DNA of 64,000 nucleotides from an uncultured Alphaproteobacteria bacterium (GTDB lineage Bacteria; Pseudomonadota; Alphaproteobacteria; RF32; CAG-239): NCBI GenBank assembly GCA_944391465.1, contig CALXTS010000004.1, positions 7,942 to 71,941 of the forward strand, read 5' to 3'. Shown piece by piece: positions 19,401 to 27,230 of this stretch (position 1 is its first letter; each line of letters starts with the position of its first letter). The notes under the pieces were generated by a model. It saw only the letters and a program-made list of their open reading frames with translations, ran no database searches and was not told where the DNA came from. The position numbers and the translations under genes were made by a program.

Positions 19401-19794
19401 CTACTGTTAATATTTTTATTGCTACTTTACCATTTGTCCCGACGGTCAAGACATTTTTTGCATCCGTTCCCAATACAACCTCTCCCATTGGTATTGGATC
19501 CGGTGTAACCGTTATCGGAACTTCTCCTTCTACCGTACTGAATTCAATATTTTGAACTAAAGGATTGGTATTATCTTGTGCTAAAACATCTGCATTATCA
19601 TTAAAAACGGGTTCTTCATATTCGTAATTATCTTCTCCACTTTTAAGCAGCAGGATAAGTCCGAAAATAAATATGACTAATGATGTAATACCAATAGCTA
19701 AAATTATTCTATTAGTCTTTTTTATATATTTTTCGGAATGTGTTAAATTATCCTTACTCATCGAAGATTTTACTGCGTCCTTACTACGCTGCAA
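16453..19794 (-). CDS. Membrane-anchored 1113-aa repeat protein sharing the VirB10 repeat type (novel T4SS component candidate)
   Basis: The TTG start at 19794 overlaps the virB9 end by 25 nt; ATG 19761 is an alternative start. N-terminal TM RIILAIGITSLVIFIFGLILLL. An Ig-like beta-sandwich-looking segment follows (PITVTPDPIPMGEVVLGTDAKNVLTV...FKDECSGKSLSGKETCNISMTWLPVIAGNV). About 870 aa of LPDGTVVDxNGNVIGxV repeats make up the rest. The stop lies 3 nt before the virB10 start. Confidence 0.8.
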   Translation of the reverse strand: MQRSKDAVKSSMSKDNLTHSEKYIKKTNRIILAIGITSLVIFIFGLILLLKSGEDNYEYEEPVFNDNADVLAQDNTNPLVQNIEFSTVEGEVPITVTPDPIPMGEVVLGTDAKNVLTVGTNGKVAIKILTVELADPPADGFTFKDECSGKSLSGKETCNISMTWLPVIAGNVQNNFLVTWHELSLSSSNAKTTKVPVTGNAVVKEDCKICENVPGMTAEGSGEKPKTVRLAIGPDGKVIGYIDEDGYVRDANGNIIGRVGENGLIMDKDGNVIGVGENRRAVYDEFGNLIGYVNPDGTVVDKDGNIIGRVLPDGTVVDLNGKVIGKAVETGYVYDKDGNIIGRVLPDGTVVDLNGNVIGKVLPDGTVVDANGNVIGYVTKPGRVAIDENGNVIGVVMPDGSVVDANGNVVGTVDENGNVISEKAPLKGKKLRVAYDKDGNIIGYVDENGNLIDINGNIIGRMLEDGTIVDLNGNVIGFVGDEVEFDENGNIIGKLVSLNKVPITPQGMLLGTVQNDGTVENDLKQVVGRTLPNGLVREPNGSRIVAKMVRGGFIVGYGCKQIGYLDKDGKVKKGNQETGHKITPEGIVTDSEGKYIGEVAKIGKVFDNKCKILGTADSSGIVKDASNKYVGCMNPDGTVLDEKGNIVGAIMKSGAAVDFDGYFLGKIDDNNLVINDAGTAVGCVGIYGEVFNNQGAYIGKYVGEKYAFDLDGNYLNKVDNRGEVKIYGKPSARLTANNLVVGKNNEILGTALDSKTAIVDAYGNLIGTLFPDGNIYDTKGISQGKIKGDGNGYYNGRLGMPAIHGKILNLKGSYVGNSEYDGTLLSIYGDKLGKINPKGQFIDSKGEYQGGVAKTGAAIGYDGSYIGYASIDGRIIDTKGSVVGFATHDGKVVDTKSEVIGEVISENIMVDIWGNYKGLLNALGDVMDMKGDIITAVLPGGSTDINLSLLHHGSVIDFGGNNIGTVRPDGSVISKSNVVIGRVLSDGNVINVAGKLIGEVLFGDIVIDNMDKVVGYVNRDGTISGKDGTILGRTLSSGLAIDQNDNIIGKIFKIGTTILGNDGEYRGRLNAEGNVIDRQGVNIGHIKNNGSFIDLDKKVSGYVLQEVAKNRRN
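16490..19120 (-). repeat. Coding tandem repeats, 17-18 aa (51-54 bp) period, same family as in virB10
   Basis: VLPDGTVVDLNGNVIGK / VLPDGTVVDANGNVIGY / VMPDGSVVDANGNVVGT. DNA strings such as ATCAACCACGGTTCCGTCCGGCAAAACC recur in register at 18688, 18739 and 18841. Boundaries are approximate. Confidence 0.8.
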
Positions 19795-21452
19795 AAGATA
19801 CCGTTGCGCCCGAGAACGCTACAGGTTTTATCGCCTTCTTCCAAAGTTTTAATCGGCCCAACGCGTAAATGGAATAATTCTTTACCTTGTCCGTCGGCCG
19901 GAGCATCTACCGAGAAATAAGGATCATATCCACCTAGCTCTCCGCTGTATTTCTTTGACAGCGTACTCCATAATTTTTCCAAATTACTTACATTAGAATC
20001 CGTACCCAGTTCAATTGATATGTTGTTTGAATCGGCATCGGCGAATCCACTGCCATATCCGTACTGAGCAAATTGATTGTTACTTTGCCCGGTATTGGTT
20101 ATACGTTGCATTTTAGAATAATCAATATTTGTAGCAGCGTTTGCCTGATATCCGACACCAACATTCTGTCCGTTTGCATATTGGGGAACTATCAGCTGCC
20201 CTTGTCCTAATTGGACATCATATTGCCCCGGAACTTGTTGTCCCTGTGCTCCGTACGGAACGCCAATCGGTTGTGTTTTATTTTGCCCCGGATAAGGAGA
20301 CGCACCGTTTTGCTGTCCTCCTTGCATTCCCGGATAAGCCTGCCCATTTTGCCCTTGCGGATAACCTTGTCCGCGACTTTGCTGTCCCTCAGGAAGAGGC
20401 GCAGGAACATCCCATGTCGGCGGCAAATAATCTGCAGAATCTATGGCATATTCCAACCCAGATTCATCTGAACGTCTTAATTTTATACAAATCAATCGTT
20501 TTCCATTGCGGAGCACTAAATCTCCGACACCTTCTACAATTATCAAACGATTATCAGGACCTTTGGTTCTAAAGCCTACAGGAACCTCAACACGCTCGAC
20601 AATCATGCTGACAACCGGGCGCTGCATCATATTCAGAGCTTTTTTTCCTAAATCAATATAGGTGAAAATATCATCACGCCACACTCTCTCCGGCGCAATG
20701 ACGACATCATCAGGATTAGGAACATAAACCTCCAAGTCAAAACGGAATTTTGACGGATCAACAGGGATTTCCTTTATCCAATCACTTTTCTGGAAGGAGC
20801 GTGTGTATGTTGAATCAATCGATTTTCCTCCGGAACTTTTGCCGCTACCACTCGTACCACCGGCAAAAGGTGCCGCGCCAGCCCCTCCGGTGCCCCCTTG
20901 ACCGCCAATAACATCAATATCAATAATTGAATTGGTTAAACGCTCTGTATTTACGGCTTCACTTTTTACATAAAAAACGTACCTGTTTCCGGAGCGTCCG
21001 AAGACAATGACGTTGGTATCAACGCCTACATTTGCGCCTTTGCGCGGATATAGCAATAAAGTGTTTGGTCCAGATATCTGTCCATCAAAAGTTGAGTTAT
21101 CTCCAATAAATATATCCTCTATCATTTCCCAGCTCGGAAAATTAACAAGTGTAATCATACCTTCACGTAGGCGAATAGGTAAAACCAAATCAGGAGACCA
21201 ATAATAACGAGAATATGCCGGACGGCTTTGTCCCTCTCCTAAATTTTGTAACGGGTCCAACCATGCAGCTTGCGTCATTCCCAAAGAATTAAAACCAGCG
21301 TAACCCAGATTCATCGGTGTATAAGTTCCCTGCGCCTGATCTGCACTTGCATCCATCATTTGCTGATCAACCTGTGCAAATGCCGGGGTGATAAATCCAC
21401 CCGCCACAAACGCCATTAACAAAAATAGTACTTTATTTTTAGCAATTTTCAC
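19770..21452 (-). CDS. virB9: VirB9/CagX-family outer-membrane core protein with Gln/Gly/Pro linker and C-terminal SPOR-like domain
   Basis: Signal peptide (FVAGGFITPAFAQ). VirB9 N-domain: YYWSPDLVLPIRLREGMITLVNFP...NVIVFGRSGNRYVFYVKS. VirB9 C-domain: FRFDLEVYVPNPD...WRDDIFTYIDLG...LIIVEGVGDLVLRNGKRLICIK. These are followed by a QGQGYPQGQNGQ-type linker and the terminal ISIELGTDSNVSNLEKLWSTLSKKY...ELFHLRVGPIKTLEEGDKTCSVLGRNGIFCSVVR. Confidence 0.9.
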   Translation of the reverse strand: MKIAKNKVLFLLMAFVAGGFITPAFAQVDQQMMDASADQAQGTYTPMNLGYAGFNSLGMTQAAWLDPLQNLGEGQSRPAYSRYYWSPDLVLPIRLREGMITLVNFPSWEMIEDIFIGDNSTFDGQISGPNTLLLYPRKGANVGVDTNVIVFGRSGNRYVFYVKSEAVNTERLTNSIIDIDVIGGQGGTGGAGAAPFAGGTSGSGKSSGGKSIDSTYTRSFQKSDWIKEIPVDPSKFRFDLEVYVPNPDDVVIAPERVWRDDIFTYIDLGKKALNMMQRPVVSMIVERVEVPVGFRTKGPDNRLIIVEGVGDLVLRNGKRLICIKLRRSDESGLEYAIDSADYLPPTWDVPAPLPEGQQSRGQGYPQGQNGQAYPGMQGGQQNGASPYPGQNKTQPIGVPYGAQGQQVPGQYDVQLGQGQLIVPQYANGQNVGVGYQANAATNIDYSKMQRITNTGQSNNQFAQYGYGSGFADADSNNISIELGTDSNVSNLEKLWSTLSKKYSGELGGYDPYFSVDAPADGQGKELFHLRVGPIKTLEEGDKTCSVLGRNGIFCSVVRTQ

Positions 21453-21459
21453 TTTCGGG

Positions 21460-22197
21460 TTACTCCACTTTATTATACGACAGAGAGTATTTATAGACCG
21501 TAAAGCCTATCGGATTTTTCAACCTGTCGCCGTATTTTACTGTTTTCTTACGATAGCCTACATTTAATGAGGCTGTCCAATAGTTGACTTCCGGCTTTTC
21601 AGAGTCAGGATACATATCGCGCGTTTCATATTCAACTTGCCAAATACCTTGAGAAAGCTCATTCACTGAAAGAATCTTAACTTCTCTGGTCAAGCCTTTT
21701 GTTCTGATTATACTTAAAGCTCTTTGTGCCGTATTGTTTAAGAAGTCCTGATAAACATTAGCAGCCGACATTTCTTGTATAGCTCCGCCCGGCATCCATC
21801 TGGCTTCCATTTCAGCAATATTGCGCTCAAAGGCGCTTCGGAGCAAAACATATTCTCTAACGAAAACCTCTGTTATCGCCTTCTGGTTTCTCAAACCGCC
21901 TTTAATCGGCTGTATGTTGTAAACTTGCTCCGTCCTGTTTTGAAAAGTTAAGAGGAACGGTTCTACGCGATATAATGGTAAAACCTGAAAAATAGCTAAA
22001 ATCAAAACGATATTACAACATAAACTCAAAGCGGTTATAATTGCAAAAGCGCGTGCCGTCCAGAGATATCTTTTCTCTCCGATATTTGCTACAAACAAAT
22101 CTTGAGATGCCGTTTGGCGTTGGCGGCGAGGCGTTGCTCCGGCAAGACGGCGAACATTTTGACCTGTTGCTATTTTTTCAACCATTCTTTTTTCCAA
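21460..22197 (-). CDS. virB8: VirB8 family protein (paralog 2)
   Basis: N-terminal cytoplasmic tail, one TM (AFAIITALSLCCNIVLILAIF), and a periplasmic NTF2-like region with FVREYVLLRSAF and the C-terminal NPIGFTVYKY motif typical of VirB8. Confidence 0.9.
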   Translation of the reverse strand: MEKRMVEKIATGQNVRRLAGATPRRQRQTASQDLFVANIGEKRYLWTARAFAIITALSLCCNIVLILAIFQVLPLYRVEPFLLTFQNRTEQVYNIQPIKGGLRNQKAITEVFVREYVLLRSAFERNIAEMEARWMPGGAIQEMSAANVYQDFLNNTAQRALSIIRTKGLTREVKILSVNELSQGIWQVEYETRDMYPDSEKPEVNYWTASLNVGYRKKTVKYGDRLKNPIGFTVYKYSLSYNKVE

Positions 22198-22198
22198 T

Positions 22199-22387
22199 CT
22201 AAATTGTCGCTATAAACCAATCAGGCAATGTTTTTGGCAACTCAATCTCCATACAGGCACAAGGAGACAGTTTCAGTTCATCACTTCCTTTACCAATACC
22301 AACCGGCTCCGGTTCATAATATGAGCCAAAGCAACCCGACAGCATAAGCAATGCCGCAACAAGCAATAATTTTGAGCTTAGTTTCAT
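22199..22387 (-). CDS. Small lipoprotein, VirB7-like by size and position
   Basis: 62 aa with lipobox LLMLSGC. It lies between the two virB8 paralogs with a 1-nt gap to the downstream gene. There is no sequence-level proof of VirB7 homology. Confidence 0.6.
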   Translation of the reverse strand: MKLSSKLLLVAALLMLSGCFGSYYEPEPVGIGKGSDELKLSPCACMEIELPKTLPDWFIATI

Positions 22388-22486
22388 TAAAAGGACCTTT
22401 CTTTTATTTAAATATAACTATAGTTATTTTGAAGTTATACTCTTTTATTTAAAAAGTCTAACAGCTTGATTACACTTATCAACAAA

Positions 22487-23242
22487 TTAGAAGATATCAA
22501 CCTCTGTTTGTGAGTAACGCGTTACCGTAAAGCCAAGTGGATTTATCAGTCTTCTTCCTAAAAACATCCTGTCTTTTATAAAATAAGCCGTGATTGAGGC
22601 TGTCCAATAGCGGACTCTTAATGTGGACTCTTTTTGAGCTTGCGTTTTCCCTTGAGCATCATATAAGTCATATGTTTTATAGTCCACTTTCCATATCGGG
22701 CTTTTTTTACCGCCTTGTCGGCTGACTGATATAATCTCAACCTCTCTTACCAGTGCTTGCATAAAGATATTTTCCCATGCGCCCACAACCCACGTTTCAA
22801 ACGGATTAAAAACCTCAGGAGAGGAATAAAAATGAACCATTCCTCCTCTCTGCCAGCGACTTCTCATTTCTAGAGGATCATTTATTACCGTATTGCGGAG
22901 AATAACATATTGACGAATAAACGTTTCCATCAACTTATCTTTTGATGCCATATCTAAACTTATCGGCTCTTCTCGAACTATGTTATCAGAGCTATCTTGA
23001 TTGATAACCAAAAATGGCTCAACCGAAACCATTGGCGCCAACTTAAACAATGCCAAAGATGCACTTATCAAAAACAAAAGCGAGGCTATTGTTGTTGCTA
23101 TGAAAAGACGGGAAAGCCACAAATAATACACCATCTTATAGCCTTCAGCTTCCCGCTCTATTTTTTCAATAAACTCCGGTGTGCTTACTTCGGGGCTTCC
23201 GATAGCTAGACGTTGATTATTTTCTAATTGATTTTGTTCCAT
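22487..23242 (-). CDS. virB8: VirB8 family protein (paralog 1)
   Basis: TM segment LFIATTIASLLFLISASLALF, FIRQYVILRNTV, and C-terminal NPLGFTVTRY. Architecture is parallel to 21460-22197. Confidence 0.88.
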   Translation of the reverse strand: MEQNQLENNQRLAIGSPEVSTPEFIEKIEREAEGYKMVYYLWLSRLFIATTIASLLFLISASLALFKLAPMVSVEPFLVINQDSSDNIVREEPISLDMASKDKLMETFIRQYVILRNTVINDPLEMRSRWQRGGMVHFYSSPEVFNPFETWVVGAWENIFMQALVREVEIISVSRQGGKKSPIWKVDYKTYDLYDAQGKTQAQKESTLRVRYWTASITAYFIKDRMFLGRRLINPLGFTVTRYSQTEVDIF

Positions 23243-23258
23243 TATTTTCCGTACTTTT

Positions 23259-26200
23259 CTAATATGTTGCGCAGAACGGCGTTTGTGATGCGTTCTTTCG
23301 ATTTTTCAGCCGTTCATTCGCATCTTCCTCATATTTATCCACTACCGTATTATTTACTTTAGATGATTTTAATTCTTCGTCAAGGCTATTATCATCTGTA
23401 ACCACATTGGAAATAACCGTTAACTCATCTTTATCTTTCTGCAACGCGGCTAAAATTCCTTTGTACTTATCTACTCTTTCCTTTACTACGCTGTTATTTT
23501 CCGTATTTATTGAATTTAGCTTAGTTAAAGCTGAAGATACTTTGCTGTTTTTAACACCATCTAATTTGCTTCTGGCTAAATTATAATCGCTTTGCTTTGT
23601 AATATCAAAATCTTCTGATGGTTCAAAGCCAAATTGGCTAAGCATAGAATACAAATCTGCCATCAGTTCATCATAACTTGCTTTGGTTTCTTCTACTTCT
23701 TTACGACGAGCTTGTTCATATTCAACATATGTGAGGAAATCACCTATTTGATTTTTTGCCAAAACCGCGTTTCTGTAGATAAGAGCCTGCTGTTTTTCTT
23801 TTGAACTCGGCTCTTTTTCCGACGTATCATCTTCATCTAAAAGGCTATGGAATGCGTCATAGGTTGTTTGGCGGAATGATATAATATTATTATCATCGGC
23901 ATCCAACAAAGTTCCTAACTCGCTGTAAGTGCAGTTATATGATGGTGCTTCTTCTTTTTCTTGTGCTTGATTAATCAAATCTTTTATTGATGTAAATTGA
24001 TTGAAATTAATTTCATTGTCAAACATCGTATCATAAACTTTGCCTGAGCGCATCTCTAGATACGGACAGTAATACAATGTTTGACCTTCGCTCTTACTTT
24101 TTATGAAATTGCCGCTCTTGCTAACATCAACAACAATATTTCCGCCTTTCACTCTACATGGCATAAATCCGCCTCTAAAGAAACTAACCGCGCTACACCC
24201 TTGATTTAACGCCTCCTTAAGATTGAAAACTTTTTCAACAAATGGCTTGTCCTGTAACATAAGTTTCCAAATTCCGGGCACTTCTCCTCCATAATTTAAG
24301 AAATCTGTAGCGGAAAGCGGTTCGCTTGTTGTGCGATTTTTATCATATGGTTTGGCATTTGAAAAATCCGTAGCATCAAAGTGTACGATTTCGCGCAGAG
24401 GCGGCAAATTATATTCCAACATTGCTTTGGGAGCTTTTAAATCTCTTTCTTTTGCCGGAGAACCTACAAAATAGGCCTCTGTTTCCGCCGTTACATCGGC
24501 TGTCGCTAAATTTTTGTAAAGATATAACGTTGTGGAAATATTCATCATGTTATATTTAATTGTCAGCGGCATAACCATAATATCCGCAATCATTCTTTGA
24601 TGAATTTCTACAATTTGCTCATGATATGCATTTAGATATTTCTTATCTCCGAGACTTTCGATTTCTTGTCTGGCTTGATTAATTCTTTTTTCTACTTTTG
24701 CATATAAGTCATCCAGAGCTTCGGAAATAATTTTATTTAGGCTTGCGACCATCGTAGCAGCTCCAATTCCGGTATATTGCATTCCCGGATTTTTCAGCGC
24801 AAAATCTTCAATCAATTTTGAAACAATATTATTGGCAATGGAGGTAATGCCCTTTTCGGCAGCTTGTGTAAACTTACTTAGCGCGGCTTCTTTTTCTGTT
24901 TGTGCCTGAGCGCTGTTTGCCGCTATCTTTGCCTTAAGTTTGCTGATTACAGAGCTTTGGCTTTTTTGACTGTCAAGTTTTTGCTGTGCTATTTTTTTAT
25001 CTAATGCTTTTAATTGCTCTTGTAAATTTTCAACCTCTCTTTGAGCCTCTTTAGCATCTTCTTCCAGCGTATCTAAAGAAGATGCGGCTGTATCTTGTTT
25101 TATCTTATTATCAATTGCGCTTTGCATCGAATCGGTTGTTTCCAGAGTATTTATGCTTCCGCTACCACTCGAAAATCCCGGAAATACGGCAACTGCATCT
25201 CGAACTGTCTGATTAGCATTCTCTTGAATGGATGTTCGTGTATCGTTAATTTCATCACTAATTCTTTTGTATTTTGCACTAGCGGTATCTATATCTGCTA
25301 CCAGTGAAGCTCTTTGTGACTCTAGTGAGGATAGTGTTTTATTTGATGTAGCCGTTAATGCTGAAAGCTCCGATGCCTTTTCTTCTTCTGCTTTAAGGTT
25401 GCTTAATGTCAATTCAGCGTCTAATCTATTGTATTCTTGTTGCTCTGATGTTTCTGAAATATCTGGAGTTTCGTCAAGTTTATCCGCATCGCTTTTTCCG
25501 CTTAACACATCTATCAATAATGATTTTACGTCGCTTACGGTATAAATCTTTAAACGCGCTTTAATATTCTCATATTTTCCATCTAAATACTGATTATAAA
25601 AAGTTTTAACATCATTCCATATTGGAAAAGACTGTTTAACACTTCCCCATTTCTCCGGATTTTCAAGTAATAATTTTGAGGCTTCAGAGCCTATTTGCCA
25701 TGGAATTAAATCCGTAGCCCGATTTTCTTCGGCTATTTGCTCTTCTTTACTGGCGCCAATTGTCGTATTTTCAGGAACACTCTTTGAAAAAGTTTCTAAA
25801 ACTTTTTCACTATCAGAAACATCGTTATATGTTTCATCCGTAGAAATGTCTATTGTCGGAGCGGCAATATCTTCCGTTGTTGCTGATGTTGTTTGTGCAG
25901 CCTTGGCTGTTTCATATGCTTCTATAGCCCATCCGGACAAACCGCTGCGCAAATCATATTCGGCAACATCATCTTGTGAAATTGAACCGCCATACCAAAC
26001 CGTGCTCGGATTAGAAAAACGCCTTCCCAGATAATTAATCACACATTTATCAGCTTCTCTTAAATACTCCAAAGCTTTTTCATATTCTGCCAAACTATCT
26101 TTATATGCCTCAGCCGCATCTTGATATCCTTTAAGGTTAACGATTGCATTGTGCGCATTTTGAGCTGTGGTTACTTCTTCTGTTATCGGTGCCAATTTGT

Positions 26201-27230
26201 TCAATTCATCCATCTTTTCCATGGTTTCTATGCTGTTAAAGGCATGTGTCATTGTTGATTCAGGAGCTTGCGTCTTGGTCAACAATGCCTTTACCGCATT
26301 TTGTGTGGAACTGCTTATATTTTGCATTCCGCCAATAATGCTTTCAGCATCTTTACTTAATTGAGCAAAAGCTAACGGAGCAGAATAGCTGAAGGAACCT
26401 GTTGAACTTAACTGTATTTCTTTTTGTTTTTGACTAAGATTTACTGATGCAGTCTTGTCCTCTGATTTTTCTTTGCTTTCAATTAAAACCGGCTGAATAT
26501 TCCTTAATGTTTCAACAGCGCGAAGCTGTGCTTTCATGGCTATCGCCTTTTGAATAACCATCAACAAATTATCAATTTGCTCCATGGCTTTAGCTTCGGC
26601 ATATAAGCTCTCATTTAGCGCATCGGGGCTTGGAATTCCACAATCAGAACCTTCGCCTTGTACGCAGAGTATTCCTCTGTCTATATTCTTTCTGACATCA
26701 CTTTCCAAATATATCTTTAACTCTCTTGCGGCACTATAAACTTCCACAATACTGTCAACATAAAATTCACTTACTCTATATTCTTGGGCGCGACGTGCGT
26801 CTGCTCCGTATTCATGATATTCTCTTAATATCTTTTGCAAACCATTAATAATACTATCTGCATCTTCAACATCTATGGAAATATCTCCCTTTGCCGTTTC
26901 ACAATCTACAATATCCATTTGTCCGGGGGAGACGTCTCCGCTCATTAAAGCATTAAAATCAAAGCTCATTGCCGAATTCATGGCACTTTTAGCATTGTTT
27001 ATCGTTTCTGTACTAGAACGCAAGGTTTTATTCAATGCGTAATTAAATTCCAACCCACTTTTACCAACCGCTGCCATCTCCCCTAAAACGTCAGGTCCTA
27101 TAAACTGTGTTATCGGCTCTGCAGCCATTATTTCATCCCATGGCGGAAGTAAAGCCTCCCCTGAACGAGGAACTGATATTATTGTAACAACCAATAGCGG
27201 CGCCAGAAATGTAGTGATTTTCTTTATCAT
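23259..27230 (-). CDS. Secreted 1323-aa coiled-coil protein, T4SS-associated, unknown function
   Basis: Sec-type signal (LAPLLVVTIISVPRSGEA), long heptad-like helical stretches and scattered Cys. The start overlaps the upstream stop (27227-27230). It lies inside the virB operon. Confidence 0.7.
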   Translation of the reverse strand: MIKKITTFLAPLLVVTIISVPRSGEALLPPWDEIMAAEPITQFIGPDVLGEMAAVGKSGLEFNYALNKTLRSSTETINNAKSAMNSAMSFDFNALMSGDVSPGQMDIVDCETAKGDISIDVEDADSIINGLQKILREYHEYGADARRAQEYRVSEFYVDSIVEVYSAARELKIYLESDVRKNIDRGILCVQGEGSDCGIPSPDALNESLYAEAKAMEQIDNLLMVIQKAIAMKAQLRAVETLRNIQPVLIESKEKSEDKTASVNLSQKQKEIQLSSTGSFSYSAPLAFAQLSKDAESIIGGMQNISSSTQNAVKALLTKTQAPESTMTHAFNSIETMEKMDELNKLAPITEEVTTAQNAHNAIVNLKGYQDAAEAYKDSLAEYEKALEYLREADKCVINYLGRRFSNPSTVWYGGSISQDDVAEYDLRSGLSGWAIEAYETAKAAQTTSATTEDIAAPTIDISTDETYNDVSDSEKVLETFSKSVPENTTIGASKEEQIAEENRATDLIPWQIGSEASKLLLENPEKWGSVKQSFPIWNDVKTFYNQYLDGKYENIKARLKIYTVSDVKSLLIDVLSGKSDADKLDETPDISETSEQQEYNRLDAELTLSNLKAEEEKASELSALTATSNKTLSSLESQRASLVADIDTASAKYKRISDEINDTRTSIQENANQTVRDAVAVFPGFSSGSGSINTLETTDSMQSAIDNKIKQDTAASSLDTLEEDAKEAQREVENLQEQLKALDKKIAQQKLDSQKSQSSVISKLKAKIAANSAQAQTEKEAALSKFTQAAEKGITSIANNIVSKLIEDFALKNPGMQYTGIGAATMVASLNKIISEALDDLYAKVEKRINQARQEIESLGDKKYLNAYHEQIVEIHQRMIADIMVMPLTIKYNMMNISTTLYLYKNLATADVTAETEAYFVGSPAKERDLKAPKAMLEYNLPPLREIVHFDATDFSNAKPYDKNRTTSEPLSATDFLNYGGEVPGIWKLMLQDKPFVEKVFNLKEALNQGCSAVSFFRGGFMPCRVKGGNIVVDVSKSGNFIKSKSEGQTLYYCPYLEMRSGKVYDTMFDNEINFNQFTSIKDLINQAQEKEEAPSYNCTYSELGTLLDADDNNIISFRQTTYDAFHSLLDEDDTSEKEPSSKEKQQALIYRNAVLAKNQIGDFLTYVEYEQARRKEVEETKASYDELMADLYSMLSQFGFEPSEDFDITKQSDYNLARSKLDGVKNSKVSSALTKLNSINTENNSVVKERVDKYKGILAALQKDKDELTVISNVVTDDNSLDEELKSSKVNNTVVDKYEEDANERLKNRKNASQTPFCATY

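Noticed and set aside
11902-19794. Assignment of the 17-18 residue repeats to the DotG/IcmE pentapeptide, YD/RHS or MORN repeat families.
   Set aside because: The period and consensus (x-DG-x-V-x-D-xx-G-xx-IG-x-V) do not fit a 5-residue pentapeptide repeat, the YD motif or the MORN YxGxW motif. The repeats are left unassigned.
12752-20661. Antisense ORFs inside virB10, the 1113-aa repeat gene and virB9 (12752-13054, 13391-13663, 18055-18303, 19100-19555, 20141-20572 and others).
   Set aside because: They are embedded in long genes with recognisable domains on the opposite strand. Their compositions are typical of reverse-frame artefacts.
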